Shown: positions 1 to 14,319 of the stretch, one piece after another
How positions within the stretch are numbered: the first letter of the stretch is position 1
Layout of the letters: every line of letters begins with the position of its first letter
DNA from: Saccostrea cucullata
Lineage: Eukaryota
Direction of reading: 5' to 3'
Length of the DNA: 64,000 nt
NCBI RefSeq assembly: GCF_032062105.1
Contig: NW_026928121.1
Coordinates: 186,001 to 250,000, forward strand
Translations under genes and position numbers: made by a program
The notes under the pieces: model-generated
Databases searched by the model: none
Told to the model about the DNA's origin: nothing
Seen by the model: only the letters and a program-made list of their open reading frames with translations

Positions 1-364
1 TTCAATATATTTACAGCAACACAAGACGGTGATATTCTTTTTAAGCATTTTTAAAAAAAAACTATATTAATCAAAACGTCTAAAATGCCAGCGTTATGGA
101 TACATACAGTCATCAGTGTTCATGTTGTCTTGCACTCTCCGGCGCTACGAGCATTCACGTGTAAGAATTGTTTTAAAACTACTCGTATAGATTTTTTCCG
201 CCTTATAGAGTATTATCTTCAGGAAATATATTCTCTGTATGATTGCAAAATCACCTCGCTCTCTTTCAATCCTTGCCATGCAAAAGAGTTCGAGATCAGA
301 GATTACAGAGAAAAATTACATGCTCATAACGGATCGTTTTACAACCACTAACTGATAAAATATA

Positions 365-1223
365 CCGTATATACTCGCCTATAAGTCGGTCCGCCTATAA
401 GTCGGTTAATATATGTACTTAAGGTTATCCGATCCTCAGGTTCTGAAAATCAGGCTTTGAGTAATTGAAAATGCCCACAAAGATGTCTCTAAATTCTCAA
501 ATTAAAATGTATTTACTCACGGTGTTTCTTTAAACTTCATCTTCAAATTTAATCATATTATATAGGGAAAATTTGAAAATCTCAAATAATTTTTCAGGAA
601 ATACGATTTGAACTACCTTCTGCATATTTTTGAATTGATAATTGATCAAGAAATACATATTAGGAATAAAAATCATAGGTATCCAGGCTTTTAAAGAAAA
701 CTGCATGAATTTTATACCTATTCGATACTATTGTTTCTCCTATTTACTTCCATTGTTTCATAATGCATAGTGTATGAAGTGTTTCCTTTCAAAGAAAACA
801 CCGTAAATCACTTCTAATTTCAAATCATGCTTATAAACATTGATAACTAAGGCTCAATTAAAAGAAATTTGATTTTTTAAAATATGCAAGTTTTACTTAA
901 CTTTATGAGGTACAAATGTAAACTTTTTTAATACCGTTTGTTAAAACTTTAAGGAACATTGAATCATACGTAGAGGCATAAAATGAGAATTGTTGTATTC
1001 AAAAAATTCAATTTAAGCTTTATTTTAAGACTTTTTGAATTAAATTATAAATTAAAGAGTTATCCTTCCTGGCCGAGGATCGTATATCCTTAATAAGCTT
1101 ATATTTCAGATGGACTGACCTCATATAATACCATTATTTTTATAGCTCGCCTATAAGTCGGACACAGAGTTTTAGACCAGATATCAGCTCCCAAAAAACC
1201 GACTTATAGGCGAGTGTATACGG
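365..1223. mobile_element. Non-autonomous Tc1/mariner-pogo-type MITE (host of a nested insertion)
   Basis: TIRs CCGTATATACTCGCCTATAAGTCGG / CCGACTTATAGGCGAGTGTATACGG, TA on both flanks. Confidence 0.9.
423..1089. mobile_element. TTAA-site MITE (Kolobok-like GG..CC ends) nested in the previous element
   Basis: TTAA|GGTTATCCGATCCTC ... GAGGATCGTATATCC|TTAA, 13/15 inverted match. Confidence 0.82.
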
Positions 1224-2378
1224 TAGTTGTTTATGCTGTTAATAAGTGTTCCCACGTGTCGTCAGACACTCACGTGCATTGAACAATTTAAAATGTAGTT
1301 CACAAAAAAAAAAAATAATAATAATACTCTACTGTTCGTGGCCATAATGAAAAGTTTTCGCTGTAGGATTCTTTTTATTGATACAAACCTTTTGTCCTGT
1401 CGACTATTTATCTATTGATTTTTCCCTGTTAATGTGTACATGCAGTGATGTAACAGTTTGTCTCGCGACATTTGAATATACAGTTCTCTTTGATTAAAAG
1501 AAAAATACTACGCACTAATCAATTGCTCAAACACTGCATTACACATGGTTGTACTCTGTGCTTTGGAAATCTTTGTTGTTTTTTCATGCAATACGATAAA
1601 TGTTGACAGTCTTTGGTGCTGAAAGTTGACTTGGTTTATTGCCATTCATGTTATTAATTGAAGTTTTTCAAGGTCTATTTCAGTAAGAAATATAATTTAT
1701 TATAGTCTTTTAAAAGTACTATTGGACTTTTAATTTCTTATAATGTCATTATAGAACTTTTTCATTCTAAAGTATATATATGCTTCTAAAGTAATAAACA
1801 TTTAACATTGCACACAAAGCAGAATCCATGTATCTTCAATCTGTTTTTAAGTGATGCATTTCGGTCATTGTTTCATTACCAAGTTTCATTGATACAAAAT
1901 TACATGTATAGCGAATGTAAGCAAAATCAATTAACAAGCTATTGAAAACTCAGTCCTGTACTTAATATGAAAATTCAATAAGGACCCATAAAGATTTCTT
2001 GTATTTTTCGAACACTTCTATTCATCAGATGATCTTATTGTAAATGCCGGTTAATTGCTCGTATTCTTTAAGGGAAGGAGATGATACCCAAAATATCAAA
2101 TTCCACTGGGGTTAATTTCAGGGTGTATTTTTTTCTGTTTTGAATGTCTTTTAAAGCTTTATTTTATTTATACTAATTAATTATCTAAAATACTTTTATT
2201 GTAAATTCTTGAATGAAATAGGGAGAATGTTACACATGTATATACCAGTAATACTTGCATGCCAAAAGATGCTTAATATTTTACAACTCATTAGAGCCAA
2301 TGTAATACATGTAGAAGGTAAAATGAAGCAATTCCATGAAAAGTAAAGTGAATTTGCTGGAGTACCTTTGAATGTTAA

Positions 2379-3244
2379 GGTATACCTTTACTCAGATGAC
2401 TAAAAATTCCACTGATAAGAACGAAAAACCACCTATTGCACATTATACGCCTATGATTCTTGTGTTAAATTTCAGTTTCAAATAACTAGGTCAATGACCT
2501 CGTTTTCATGCTAGTGGCCCCTGAGTAAAATACCTCAATTTTTCACACTATGACCATTTTTTTCTTCACTCACAAAATATTACAAGCAACAAAACTCTTT
2601 AAATAATGAAATATCATAGCAATGAAACAGAGTTGCTCCATATAAAGAAATGAGTAGAGTTTGGGCCATAAACGTAATAATTATTACAGTCCGAATTTCC
2701 TCTGTCATATTCATATTTTTTCCCTATTTTTAATCAAATATAACAAAAATCCGACTGATAGGAACTCTAAATGATTTATAGCCTCAGGTTACTTTTGTTA
2801 CCCTAATTCTCATGGTATGAATATTATATGGGGTCAATGATCAAATCATTGAGATATGTTGTCTGGAGTGGTTTTTGTACATATTTTGAATTTCTTTATT
2901 TCATAGCATTCCTTTATTTGAAATGATTTATGAGCTTAAACACATATAATATTTGCAAAATGATGTGTTAAAATACATCTAACCTTTTCTTTCTGAATAA
3001 TATGGCAAAATATAAAAATTTTGACAAAAATGAAAAATTAAAAATTTAGACCGAATTTCCTCTGCATAGCCATACATTGAGTTTTGTTCCTGTATATTTT
3101 CTTCAAGTACTAACATATTAAATTTTTTAATTGATATTGTGATAAAACTTAGTTATTTCATCCATTTAGAACAATTTTTGATTTAACATATTATACTTTA
3201 TAAAATTCCCTTTCTGATTTCTGAAACCTGAGTAAACGTCATCC
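2379..3244. mobile_element. TTAA-site MITE (Kolobok-like)
   Basis: TTAA|GGTATACCTTTACTCAG ... CTGAGTAAACGTCATCC|TTAA. Confidence 0.8.
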
Positions 3245-4961
3245 TTAAAGATCATGACATTTCAATATTTACAGAATATCCTGCTTAAAATTTCAAATCC
3301 AATTCAAAGAAGTTGCAAAAATACTGATTCATTAATATCTTCAAAACTCTCGGACCTCTTTCATATTTTTTATCCATATGACATGAAAAATGAAAAAAAA
3401 AAAATTAATAAAGGATGTCGGAAATCATGTATGGTTTCCATCCTAATTAAATGTATACAATCTGTCACAACATTGCCAGAAGCTTGTTAATTTCTACCTT
3501 ATATCAGATGCACGGTGACTGTACAGACAGTGATAAGGATAGTTTGAACAGGAAGTGAGAAAAAGATGTTAATGGTCGATGGCACTGAAGACGTTGGCGG
3601 GCAGATACCCTCAGCGGTGATAAACGATTTAGCATTTACGTTGTCTTCCAGCGCCAAGAACCGAGTACTGAGATCTCCTTAGTGATCGGATATGCAAAAT
3701 ACCCCTAGAACTGGAATTATTCCCCTTGAAATGGTGATAATGACTTTAATTAAGTGACCGATCTTGCTCGGAGTGCCACGATTAGTGCATTAACACGGAC
3801 CGCGCGCTACGGCTCTCTGCGGTCGATAGAATTACCGATAGGGGGAAGGAAACTGTATGTATATGAATCCCCGTCACAAACTTTCGTCCATTAATCGTCC
3901 CGTATTTTAGGTGTCATTGAAAAATCAATTATCTTGCTTCTAAGTGCTGAGAAACATTTTTTATCCCATAGACAATTTTCACAAGAAATTGTTCAAATTC
4001 AACATGATTCGATCTATATGCTTGGTAACGTATATTAGGTTTCCAGCACAGTAACGACTTCATGCCATTCAGTTAGATTCTAAAATTCCAAGAATGACAG
4101 AATCGATTACTTTTTAATAAATTTTCTAAATGTATTCAAATAAACCTTTCTTTAAACAGATACGAACAATTTTGAAACGTAGTAAAATGAGAAACGAGTA
4201 CAATTTGACAACCGAGAAATATAGAGCAGTAAACAGCTACACAATTCAACTTCATACTCCTCTGGAGTTTTTTCTTTCTTTCTTTCTGTTAAACAGAAGT
4301 CGCAATAATTCCGTAACCTCATAAAATCCCGCCATCTTTGAGCGGTAGTGCGTAATTTATTCGTTTCTTTACAATTTGTGTGACAGACTTCTAAGACCTT
4401 TGACAACTTACAAATCAATCACGAGAAAGAAGGAAAAAAGCAAATAAAAAGGCCAAGTCGGTGTCATTTGCAAATGAATCAATCGCAGCAACGCGAAGAA
4501 CTATTCAAGGACAATATTAAAAGAGGATAGGGAAAAAACAGTACGCTGAAATATTAAAGGAAATGGTTCCTCTAGGGCTATAAAATATATGACAATGCTT
4601 CAAGCAATGTATGAAATTGACATAATAATAAATATTTCCATTTCTAATTTTTCTCTCTGTGATAACTCTTTGAAAGTTAGCGGAGTTAATTTCTTGATAA
4701 CCGGAATGTAAATTAGGCAGGTCAATAGGTCAGGAGCTAAGGAGGCCTAATATGCATGCAAATCTCGTGCGCATCTGTCTCTGAGTCTGACGCTAATGAG
4801 GCCAAATATGCATGAAAATCTCATGCGGCTGCCGTTGTGTTTGACGTCAGTGGGCGAGGACTATTGAAATTGGGATGGGAATCCTCGTGTAATTTAAATT
4901 TATGTCTGCATTTTTAGAGTCTAAATCTACAGTTTTATTTCACATTGAAATGGAAATATAT

Positions 4962-5090
4962 GGAATCACTGTCTAGTTAGTATAGTATGCCAGGGACATC
5001 AACAATAGTGGGAAACATGGGATAATTTATGCATAACGGGCTTCGCCCGATTGATGTCCTGGCATACTATACTAACTAGACAGTGATTCC
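4962..5090. mobile_element. 129-bp hairpin MITE
   Basis: About 40-bp near-perfect inverted arms GGAATCACTGTCTAGTTAGTATAGTATGCCAGG(G)ACATCAA; inner hairpin CGGGCTTCGCCCG; TTAA on the right flank only. Confidence 0.85.
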
Positions 5091-7769
5091 TTAAATAAAT
5101 GTGTATAAAAACATTCTGAAAAGTGTTTTACATGAACACTGATTCCATTTTTTCCACATTTTAAGCTTTTAAAATATATTTAATTCATAGACAACCTTCA
5201 TTACATGCAGTTGTTTAAAAGTCATCTATCTCGTCAAATTGCATACATAAAAGAGAAGCTACATAGGCAGGACAAAATATAAAAAAAAATAAATAGTATG
5301 TCTCGATACGTAGCTATTATATTTGTTTCCTAGAACTATTTTTTGGGTTTTTCATAAAGACAACCTACTTAGGATTGCCTATAGACATTTAACCTTAGGA
5401 CATCGATCAATCAGAATTGTCGACCATCTTTGTTTTAAAATGCTTAATGGTATTTCATGAATTCTTTCGCGTAATTATCCTTTGCTGTGTGTTCTGCTTT
5501 TGATGATTTTTCAAAGGATATTATTGGTGGGAGTTTTCAATTGCAACGGAAGTAGAACTCTTTTACGTGTGAAAAATCATATTTAGCAACCATCTTGGCT
5601 CATAATGGTAAGCTACATCGAATTGTAAATATTCAATGCAGGTACGAGACTTCTGTACTACATGTATGATGAAAACTAGGTGAAAATACTACTTATATGC
5701 AGAACTCTACTTTTCGATGGAAGAGTTGACCCTTTGGGGCAGTGTTGGAAGTGGGAGGTGGGAGGTGGGGATGGCATTCATTTGGTATTTCCTTCTATGT
5801 ACATTTTGTTGGATAATTTTCACTGAAACATTTAAAACTAATTATTGTAGAGAATGTTTTAGAGAATGTTGGATACAAAAGGCTGTTGTTACATTTTTAT
5901 ATAGTGTGCTTCTGCCACTTCCTCCTCTATGATGTATTCGTGAAAAGTTATTGGATGTATGTCAGTCTAGTCTCATCATGTACTACAGAATTTGGAAGAC
6001 AGCTTTTATCCACTATATAACACATGCGTACATGTACATAAAATGTTTATTCTTTTTTCTCTGTACTATAATGCTTAAAACCTGTGATGGCAATTTGTAA
6101 AGTCAATAATTTCAGTGTAAAAGTTGTCTTTCATTTTATTTTATTTTTTAAAGAGTACTAACTTGTACTAAATTGTGTTGAAGATGATTAATTTATTAAA
6201 TGATGAACATCAAGGACATAAAATTATATATTTGGTAGATGTAAAAACTTGTGTGACGTCAGACTTATTCTTTTTTTATCTGAATAATGTAAGGCCCGTG
6301 TCATGGGGTTCATTTGCATTCACTGTTATTATACCGACATATGCATCAAACAAAGGTCTTAAGGCAAAGAGAGATAGTTAATAGCCAGAACGGATTCACT
6401 TAATTTGCATTAGATCTTTTATCAAATATTTATAAAATTGCGCCTCTGCGATTTTTAAATAGTGAATACAGATTATCTGGGGGGCTTTTTTTCGACCCTC
6501 TCGGCGATTTTCGTAGACTTAACCGCCATTTCTCAGTTTAGAGCTTTCATTTCCCTCGAGCCAATTCCTACTTAAACTAGGTCGTATGAGCATCGAATGC
6601 TTGTACTCCAATATTTTTTCTCATTTTTAATACATGTAACATAAATATGATTGAGACGATCATAACAGCATGTGGTTCTCTCTGATAACACTCCCCAATA
6701 GTTTTGTGAATGAAGCGCAAAGATTCATTTTTTGCGTTTTATAAAAGATAAAAAAAATTAAAGAATGATTTTCTTTCGAATATGATCGATCAACGTTTAT
6801 GCCTTTTTTTTAATCGTTAAATTTACAAAAAGATGAATTCTCTTCAGTCCACAAACAAGAATTATGAAATGATACTCTCAAACGTGTTTAATAACATAGA
6901 TTGAGGGGGAGAAATGTTCTCATTCCCTGCCGCTAACGACGATGATCAAACGGTTTTACAAACATAACCCTCTATTAGGATTGAGATCCCGCGATTTTCT
7001 TTTCTCCCTCTGTCTTTGATATCGATAAAATATGTTATTATCGTATATGAAAAGACAGCAAATCGTAGCAATCAATGGAGATTTTTTTCTCTTGGTTGTC
7101 TCCCTTTCTATCACTCTTTGACTGTCACGTCTACCATTACCGTAACTCGGCTAAGCAAACGGCCTCATATTTCGCTAAATCTGCCATAAATCTATGACAC
7201 TCGGAATATGTCGTGTGACGTTAGTTTGTCTACCTAAATGCTTCAGTCCGATGTGGATCCTATTTCTATAATCATATAGTCTGTATGTGATTAATGTAGA
7301 AACATGACACCATTTAGATTCTTGAAATAAGTCAAAATGAATATAATGCAGAATATATATATGTACTAAAATATCCTTGAGAAAACCAATATTCTATCAG
7401 CGCCAATAACCTGAAGAAGCAATAAATGAGATTTTCTCGCATTTAATTTTTTTTTGTTTTGGTAACTGAATGTGTTATAGTGTCAGTGTGACAGTGTGAA
7501 GGGAGATTAAATATGATAACAAATTCTAAATATTGTTCGACAAGAATTTGATCTCAGAAACAAGAGAAAACTATTTTTATTGCTCATCCGTATCATATGT
7601 CAGACACATTTGTGGGAACTTTTACAAGAAAACTTCTGTATATCATTCGAAATTAATATCATTTGATTATGAATACTCGTATTATTAGTAATACAACACA
7701 TTTAGTCGAGTGGAATAGGGAGATAACGTAAAGTGTTCAATTTCATGAGAAAGTTTTTTTCAAACTAAC

Positions 7770-8150
7770 AAGGAATAAAGCAAATTCGTACTCTAAAACA
7801 TTCGAGGTGAAATCAGATGCCAGAGAGGAGTAAGCATTCCCCGTCCATCGTCACAACTGCCGTGTTTCATGATAGGGAAAATGGGGGAAAATCATAGATA
7901 ATTCGGTGTGTAGATAATGGCCTAACAATTAAAAGAGACGTCATCATTGGTTTTAACGATAACGGTTTTGGCTAATAATGCCATAGTATCGACCATAGAA
8001 CTTACGAAAGGAAACTTTGAAAACTTTGATATTTTTGTTTCATCAACTTGTTTGTAAATAGATTGCCTCGTTTAGGTTTGTACGTCAACCATGCTCTTGC
8101 TTTTCAAATCGATCGAGAAATTTAGCTTATTTATATGCTGTTCTATATTA
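7770..8150 (-). mobile_element. Penelope-like 3' fragment
   Basis: Reverse-complement match to the shared 3' region (e.g. GTATCGACCATAGAACTTACGAAA). Confidence 0.7.
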
Positions 8151-9526
8151 TTAGACTAATTGTATTAAATCACATCAAATCGCTTCGATTTGTGTACAAC
8201 ACAGATGCTTTTAGTACATATAAATATTGAGTAACCCTTGTGATTAAAAACAGTCCATTTAGATAAAATGAAATATGGTTTGTTTCTTTCAAAATGTGCA
8301 TTTGATTAGATGTTGATCACCGACCTGCTTGTCCATTAATGATTTGATAAATAAATTTTGAAATAGATTAGAATATATTTTGTATATGATAGTGTAAGTC
8401 ATATACTAGTATGTATATACATGTCTTTAGTTATTCATTGGGATGATAACGTTAAAAACACACAATATAAAGGAAAACAAATCTATCAGATATGCAGATG
8501 ATGAAGTTTTGCATTCAAGAAAAAAAATGAAAGATACTTTATCTGAAGAGCGATATTAATTTTTGTCTTTTTATTAAAGTTGTGTAAAGAAATTATAATA
8601 AAACTATGATTTAAAATTTCCGCTACTGTACTTCAATGTTTACGTAATAATTTATTGATTTCCAATGTCATGATTTGCATTTCTCTACTATTCCCCTTTC
8701 CTCTAAAATATGTAGTAGAGGTGATATACATGGACCTGGTTTTTCCATATTCATAATACATAGTACTAAACATGAAGTTCTTATGTGCATTTATTAATTC
8801 CACTTCGCTAAAATGGCATCCTCTGTTAGCCTGACACAGAACAAAATGGCCTTGAATGTGAATCAGCTATGTAAATTTCATAATAGCACTTGACGTGTGA
8901 ACAACAGAGGAAGAACTCATTCATCATTCAAATCCATATTTTATTTCATTGATCTACATTAAACGTCACTATAACGGTCTGTTTGGGTTAATGATTCCCG
9001 CTGTTGCACAGATCACGTGATGGGATATGAGACATGTATGTCTACTTTCTGAGGGGATACGATGCTGTCATTCCGTATTGATTAACGATAAAATCCGGGA
9101 ACAGGTCACAGCGTGGTTTATGATTATACACCTATTGTGTTTGTCAATTATCCCCTAACATTTGTGTATTAGGTACATTATTGGGCTTACTTCAGCATGC
9201 AAAGTCCCGAGTGTATTTAGAATCGGGAATTACAGTTAATAGTACTCTTGTGTCATTGCAATCAAAATGATTTGATTCACAGATTTAATTTTAATATACA
9301 CATAAGTATGACGTGCAATCAGACAAGTTTTTGTTTTAAAATTATAACTAAAGGTTAACAAAAAGGAATGGTACAATGTACAAATAGACGTACAATCATG
9401 TAAATTCTAGGCAAATTGAATTTTAATAAGACATTGGAGCAATATAATGGTTAGTTATAAAACCATTTCACAAACTAACGATGATATCAGCTAGAAATGA
9501 ACAAAACTTTGCAAAGAGGATACTTA

Positions 9527-9830
9527 AGTGCAGTGAAATTAGACTTTTATTGTACACCTATACATGCATATGATGCATTTCTGAGTCAACTTACTTTGAC
9601 TTTGCAAAGATGATATTTTTCTCTATTTAAAATTGTCTCAATTGCATGTGTAAAATTATTAGATGCAATGCAAGTAGACTTTTCTTGTACACCGATACAT
9701 GTATATGATACATTTCTATGCATTTCTCAGTCAACTTACTTTGCAATGATGATACTTTTCTCTATATTTACATTGTAAATTGTATGTATAACATCATTAA
9801 ATGCAGTGCAATTAGACTTTTCTTGTACAC
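9527..9830. repeat. Local tandem duplication, ~135-bp unit x 2.3
   Basis: TAGACTTTT(A/C)TTGTACAC recurs at about 9540, 9675, 9813. Confidence 0.8.
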
Positions 9831-10884
9831 TGGTTCTATGACAAACACTGGCTGGTGACACAAAGAACAACTAAAGAATGGTTCATATAGAAATATGGAT
9901 GAAATTGTTAATGCTTGCAATATATCTTTACGAACCGAATTCCCAAAGATTTATTGCCTATTCTGTCGAAATGGATGCCACCAAAATTAATTAAAATAAC
10001 CAGGGCATCTCATGCCTTTGGATATATCTCAATTTGCCCGAATGGAGGCTTCAAAGAAATGTGTGCGGTATTGATTCTGGGCATCGATGCATGCTTGCAT
10101 CTCTTGACATTGCATGTAATTGCAAGGTAACGAAAATTAATCAGCTAATTAACCGAGCCGGTTTACTCCCTCGTCCAGGCATCAATCACGACTGGACCCC
10201 TACTGGTATTATCATGCCCCCACACGTGCAACATTTATTGATCTGGAGTAACGAAACATGCATGCATGTTCACTTATTATACATGCTGATCAGACTAGGC
10301 AGAGCTATCTAAATCATGGTGAAGATTCATTCAAAGATTTGTCCTTCCTCCTGAAATTGGGAGTTTTTTTTTTCAAAATGACAAACAGTTTTGCATATTA
10401 CAATATCGATTCACATTTATTTTTTCCCCTTCTTCTTTCGGGATTAGAACTCCATTTAGAATTTTATCTTCTTGCATGCTTTATAACTGGAAACTAGTTA
10501 AACAAGTCCTATTTTATATGAGTATGATGAAGTAATTAAAGCTGATGGAAAGTTCCTTTTAAACTTCATTTTCAACATTTTCAATACTATAATTCATGTC
10601 GAATAAAATTGATATTTTGTCACAGTGTGATAGGATGTCAGAAGTGCGGTAAAACTCGAGATTTTCCATGTCTTTTCAAAGAGGTTTGTAAAAACTACAC
10701 CCTGTTCTGTTAAAAGATAGTAAACAAAGCATCCCGAGAAGGAATAATAAACTGCCAGAGGCTAGGTTTTCTATATATGCCATTGAAATCTATTTTAACA
10801 ATATATTTAACATCACAATTAGTAGACAGGCAAGCTCTGAAGGGATTAAAAAGATTTTTTCATGCACTTAAAATGTTATACAAC

Positions 10885-11238
10885 TAGGTGATTTGACAAA
10901 CAAGTTAATGAAACAAAAATATCAGTCTCGTTAAAATCATCATTTCGTAAGTTCTATGGTCGATACCATGACCTTGTCAGCAAATACAATCTATCATTAA
11001 ATCAAATGCTGACTGCCTGACGTTTTTCATATATTAATTGTTAGGTTATTATTTACACACTGAAATGACGGATTTTCCGTTCTTTCCTGATCATGACAAG
11101 AAGCACACGGCGGGTGTGATCGTTGATAGAAATGCTCACTTGGTCCCACCTCTTATGTTTTCTAGGTCCGTGTTTGCTCTGCTCCTGATTTGGTATTGTA
11201 CGAATGGACTTTTCGTTTGATATGTCCATATATTTCAT
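10885..11238 (+). mobile_element. Penelope-like 3' fragment
   Basis: TCATCATTTCGTAAGTTCTATGGTCGATAC...GCACACGGCGGGTGTGA shared with other copies. Confidence 0.8.
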
Positions 11239-11544
11239 TTAACCTTTTTGGAAAGGATATTGATAATGTTGAGTCAGAAGATACATATAGATATATCCCT
11301 CTTCTTCAAATGCAACACATCTCTCAAAGAGAATATTACAATCATTGAAAATGATTTTTGCACATGTTTACATTTCTTTTCAAGTTCTCGTTGTTGTTTT
11401 TCTCATTTAAAGTCTCCGTCTTTAATCATACCCTCTTTGCAAATTGCAGACTTTCCCTCTTTACTTGTATATAAATTGAAGCATTTCCATAAGCTTTACT
11501 TTAAAAACGTGAAGAATATTTATTATGCTGATTTAAGCAATTGA

Positions 11545-11951
11545 GGACAGATGATACAAACAAATCTTTTCGTTGAAGGAGACTTAATATTCATCAGGAG
11601 TGATGAATTTTATGAGGAAATGCAAAATAGAAAAAAGATTCTACTGATTTTTCACTATTTTGCATTTTCTCATAAAATGTACTTGGCTTGGTATATTTAT
11701 GTAATTCTCTTTACACTTTAAGCACTAAACTAACATATTCGGAAATTTGTTTTCATCTGTAAACCTTGACTGAGTATGATTTGTCCATATTTGTTATTTA
11801 ATTGAAGTTTTAACTAATAATAGAGTAATCTATTTCATTTTCCAAGACTAAGGAGGAAAAATTCAAAGAATTATTCACTTTTCTAAACTTCTGAGATGAA
11901 ATATGTATTAAGTCTCCTTCAAAGAAAAAAAATACTTTGTGTCATATGTCC
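11545..11951. mobile_element. Fold-back MITE with long imperfect TIRs
   Basis: TTGA|GGACAGATGATACAAA...TTGAAGGAGACTTAATA versus TATTAAGTCTCCTTCAA...TTTGTGTCATATGTCC|TTAA. Confidence 0.78.
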
Positions 11952-14319
11952 TTAATCCGAAAATTATTGAGTTAGTATTATTTTGAATAATTAAATACCT
12001 GTAGATTGTAAGTGTAAAATATTTCAGGAGAACAGATTTCTCAAAGATGCTTAATTTGACACAAGTGCTTTTTAAGCTTGTAGAACCTGTAAATAAATAA
12101 ACCCTGACAATGACTGGCAGAATGACTTCTCCGAAAAAAATGTCAAACGTTTCTTAAGATGGACAGAATCAAAAACACAAACAAATATATTCTTTTATTT
12201 CAAAAGCAAATTAAGTTTATACACTTTACTTACAGTCAAAGTTATTTGTACATGAAGTGTTCATTTGATGGACATACAAAGGTTGCTTAAAGTAATCTTC
12301 TTTTCATTATTGGTAATATTTCTCAAATTGACAGAAATGATATGTACATGTAAGGGTAAATGGGACAATACTAATATAATTTGATTGATTTGAAAATGTT
12401 TATTTACTCACCTGGCTGTAGATTGCAGTTTGATTTCGTGTTAATTAGCATATCAAGAACAAAAGGACTCTTTAGTGTACAATTTATATTTATAGAAGGT
12501 TCTTAATGTGTGTATTTTCTGGGGAAAGTAATTTTAAAGGCACAATGGAAATATATGTTTGTTGTATTTGAGTAAATTTCCTCATAATTATTTTGAAATG
12601 ATTTCCTCGAAAAGTCTTCAAAAAATACTTACTTTTGATCAAGTATGGCCATATGCAATCAAAACATTATGTTGAAAATAAAGAATATTTTAAAATCATG
12701 GGCGTGAACACTTAACCCGAAGACTATAGCATGTATAATACTTATCAGTTGAATTTGAAAAATACGATGTATCGTAATCATGAAAAGTTTGATAATTTTA
12801 TCCATCATATAGATACACAGTTTATAAAATCAAAGAGTAAATAAACATGAATGACGTCATTATCGACATTCTGTAGATTTTTTGGCAATGACCTACGAGA
12901 GTGAATTATTCAATTTTTGCATTTAGTTGAAAAAAATGTACCGTTTATCAGGAGATAATCTGTTTCTGTGGATATTGAGTGTATCGGAAGGCGAGGAGCT
13001 GTGATTTGATTCAATATTCGGGAAAATTTCAGTTCAGCCAATGCTGATACAATTCTTAAGTGCATCAGCCGAGCTGTGTTTTAGATCTTCATTAGAATTG
13101 GCGTCCCAAGATCAATGCTATGGACCCACTTCATCCGTCCGGCGAACGAATCATTGATCGTCGTGTTTGACCAGCGTTTGTTTGGGCGTCTTTGTGTTAT
13201 TATCGCCGGAGAGTAACACAAAACAGATTGCTGGACATTGTTTTTATTGTCTTTATTTCTGGTAACAAGAAAAACCTGGCGATAGTGGGAGGATGAGGGT
13301 GGAGGTAGGTTTTAATATGCGAAAGGTATGCCGCGGTAATTAGGGTCATCATCAAGTCAGCCATGATGATTCCTGAGGTAAATATGTTACCACCCTCTAA
13401 AAAAAATCCCCGTGTTTGCCAACTAGAGGATGTGATTGAATGTCCTCTTATTATCTTTAATAATTTTTGATATTTTTTTCCATTTCTGCTCGTGAACTAG
13501 CTCGGAATCGCAGTTAATTTAGAATTAACTGAGTTTGCATTATTACCGAAGATGACATTTTGTAGACTTTGCATTTTCTGCACCATGGCGATTTTGCTCA
13601 GTTAAAGATGGCCATAGTAGAAATCAATCAGTTATTATAATTTATATTACTAATTTCAGAGCTTGTCCAAATTTTAGATACCAAAAGCTCTATCTGAAAA
13701 AAGCTGCATTCAAAAAACTGAATTCAACCCTGTACTTGTAAAGTTGGACAATATCTGGTTAACCCGACTAAAATACGACCGATGTCTTCCCCCGCTCTCT
13801 GGCTGGAAATAACAGCAGGTGATGGCAGTTTAATGGATTCGTAGTGCAGACTTAGAGACCGATAGTCTTTACTTCTTTTTTTCTGTATCACTAGTCAGAG
13901 AGAGGCGTCCATTGATTATCTACATCAGACTTAATGATGACACAGTATGTCGATTTCGGTAACAGTTGTAAAGAAATAATGCTGTGTAAACAATACGTAA
14001 ACTAAGCATTTCACACATTTATAACATGCATAACATGTTTTATGATGGATATATTGAATTTTCAAGGTTGTCAAATTTTAAAATATGACAACATATTGAC
14101 TACCTTTGGCAATTCAAATTTTTAAAATGTAACATATGTACAACTAGAAAGAATCTTTTGATCAAAGGCATGAGTTTTAGTTTTCATTTGTTTCTACAAT
14201 TTTTATATGAAATTAGTAAGCAGGTATCATTAAGACCTCTGTATGGACTTTCTCATAATTGATTTGAAACATAAGAGCTTGCTCTAGATTAATTTTTACA
14301 CAAACGATTTCTAAAATGA

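Noticed and set aside
3567-3683. 38-codon ORF in the CpG-rich block
   Set aside because: Too short, no recognisable similarity, no convincing splice context.
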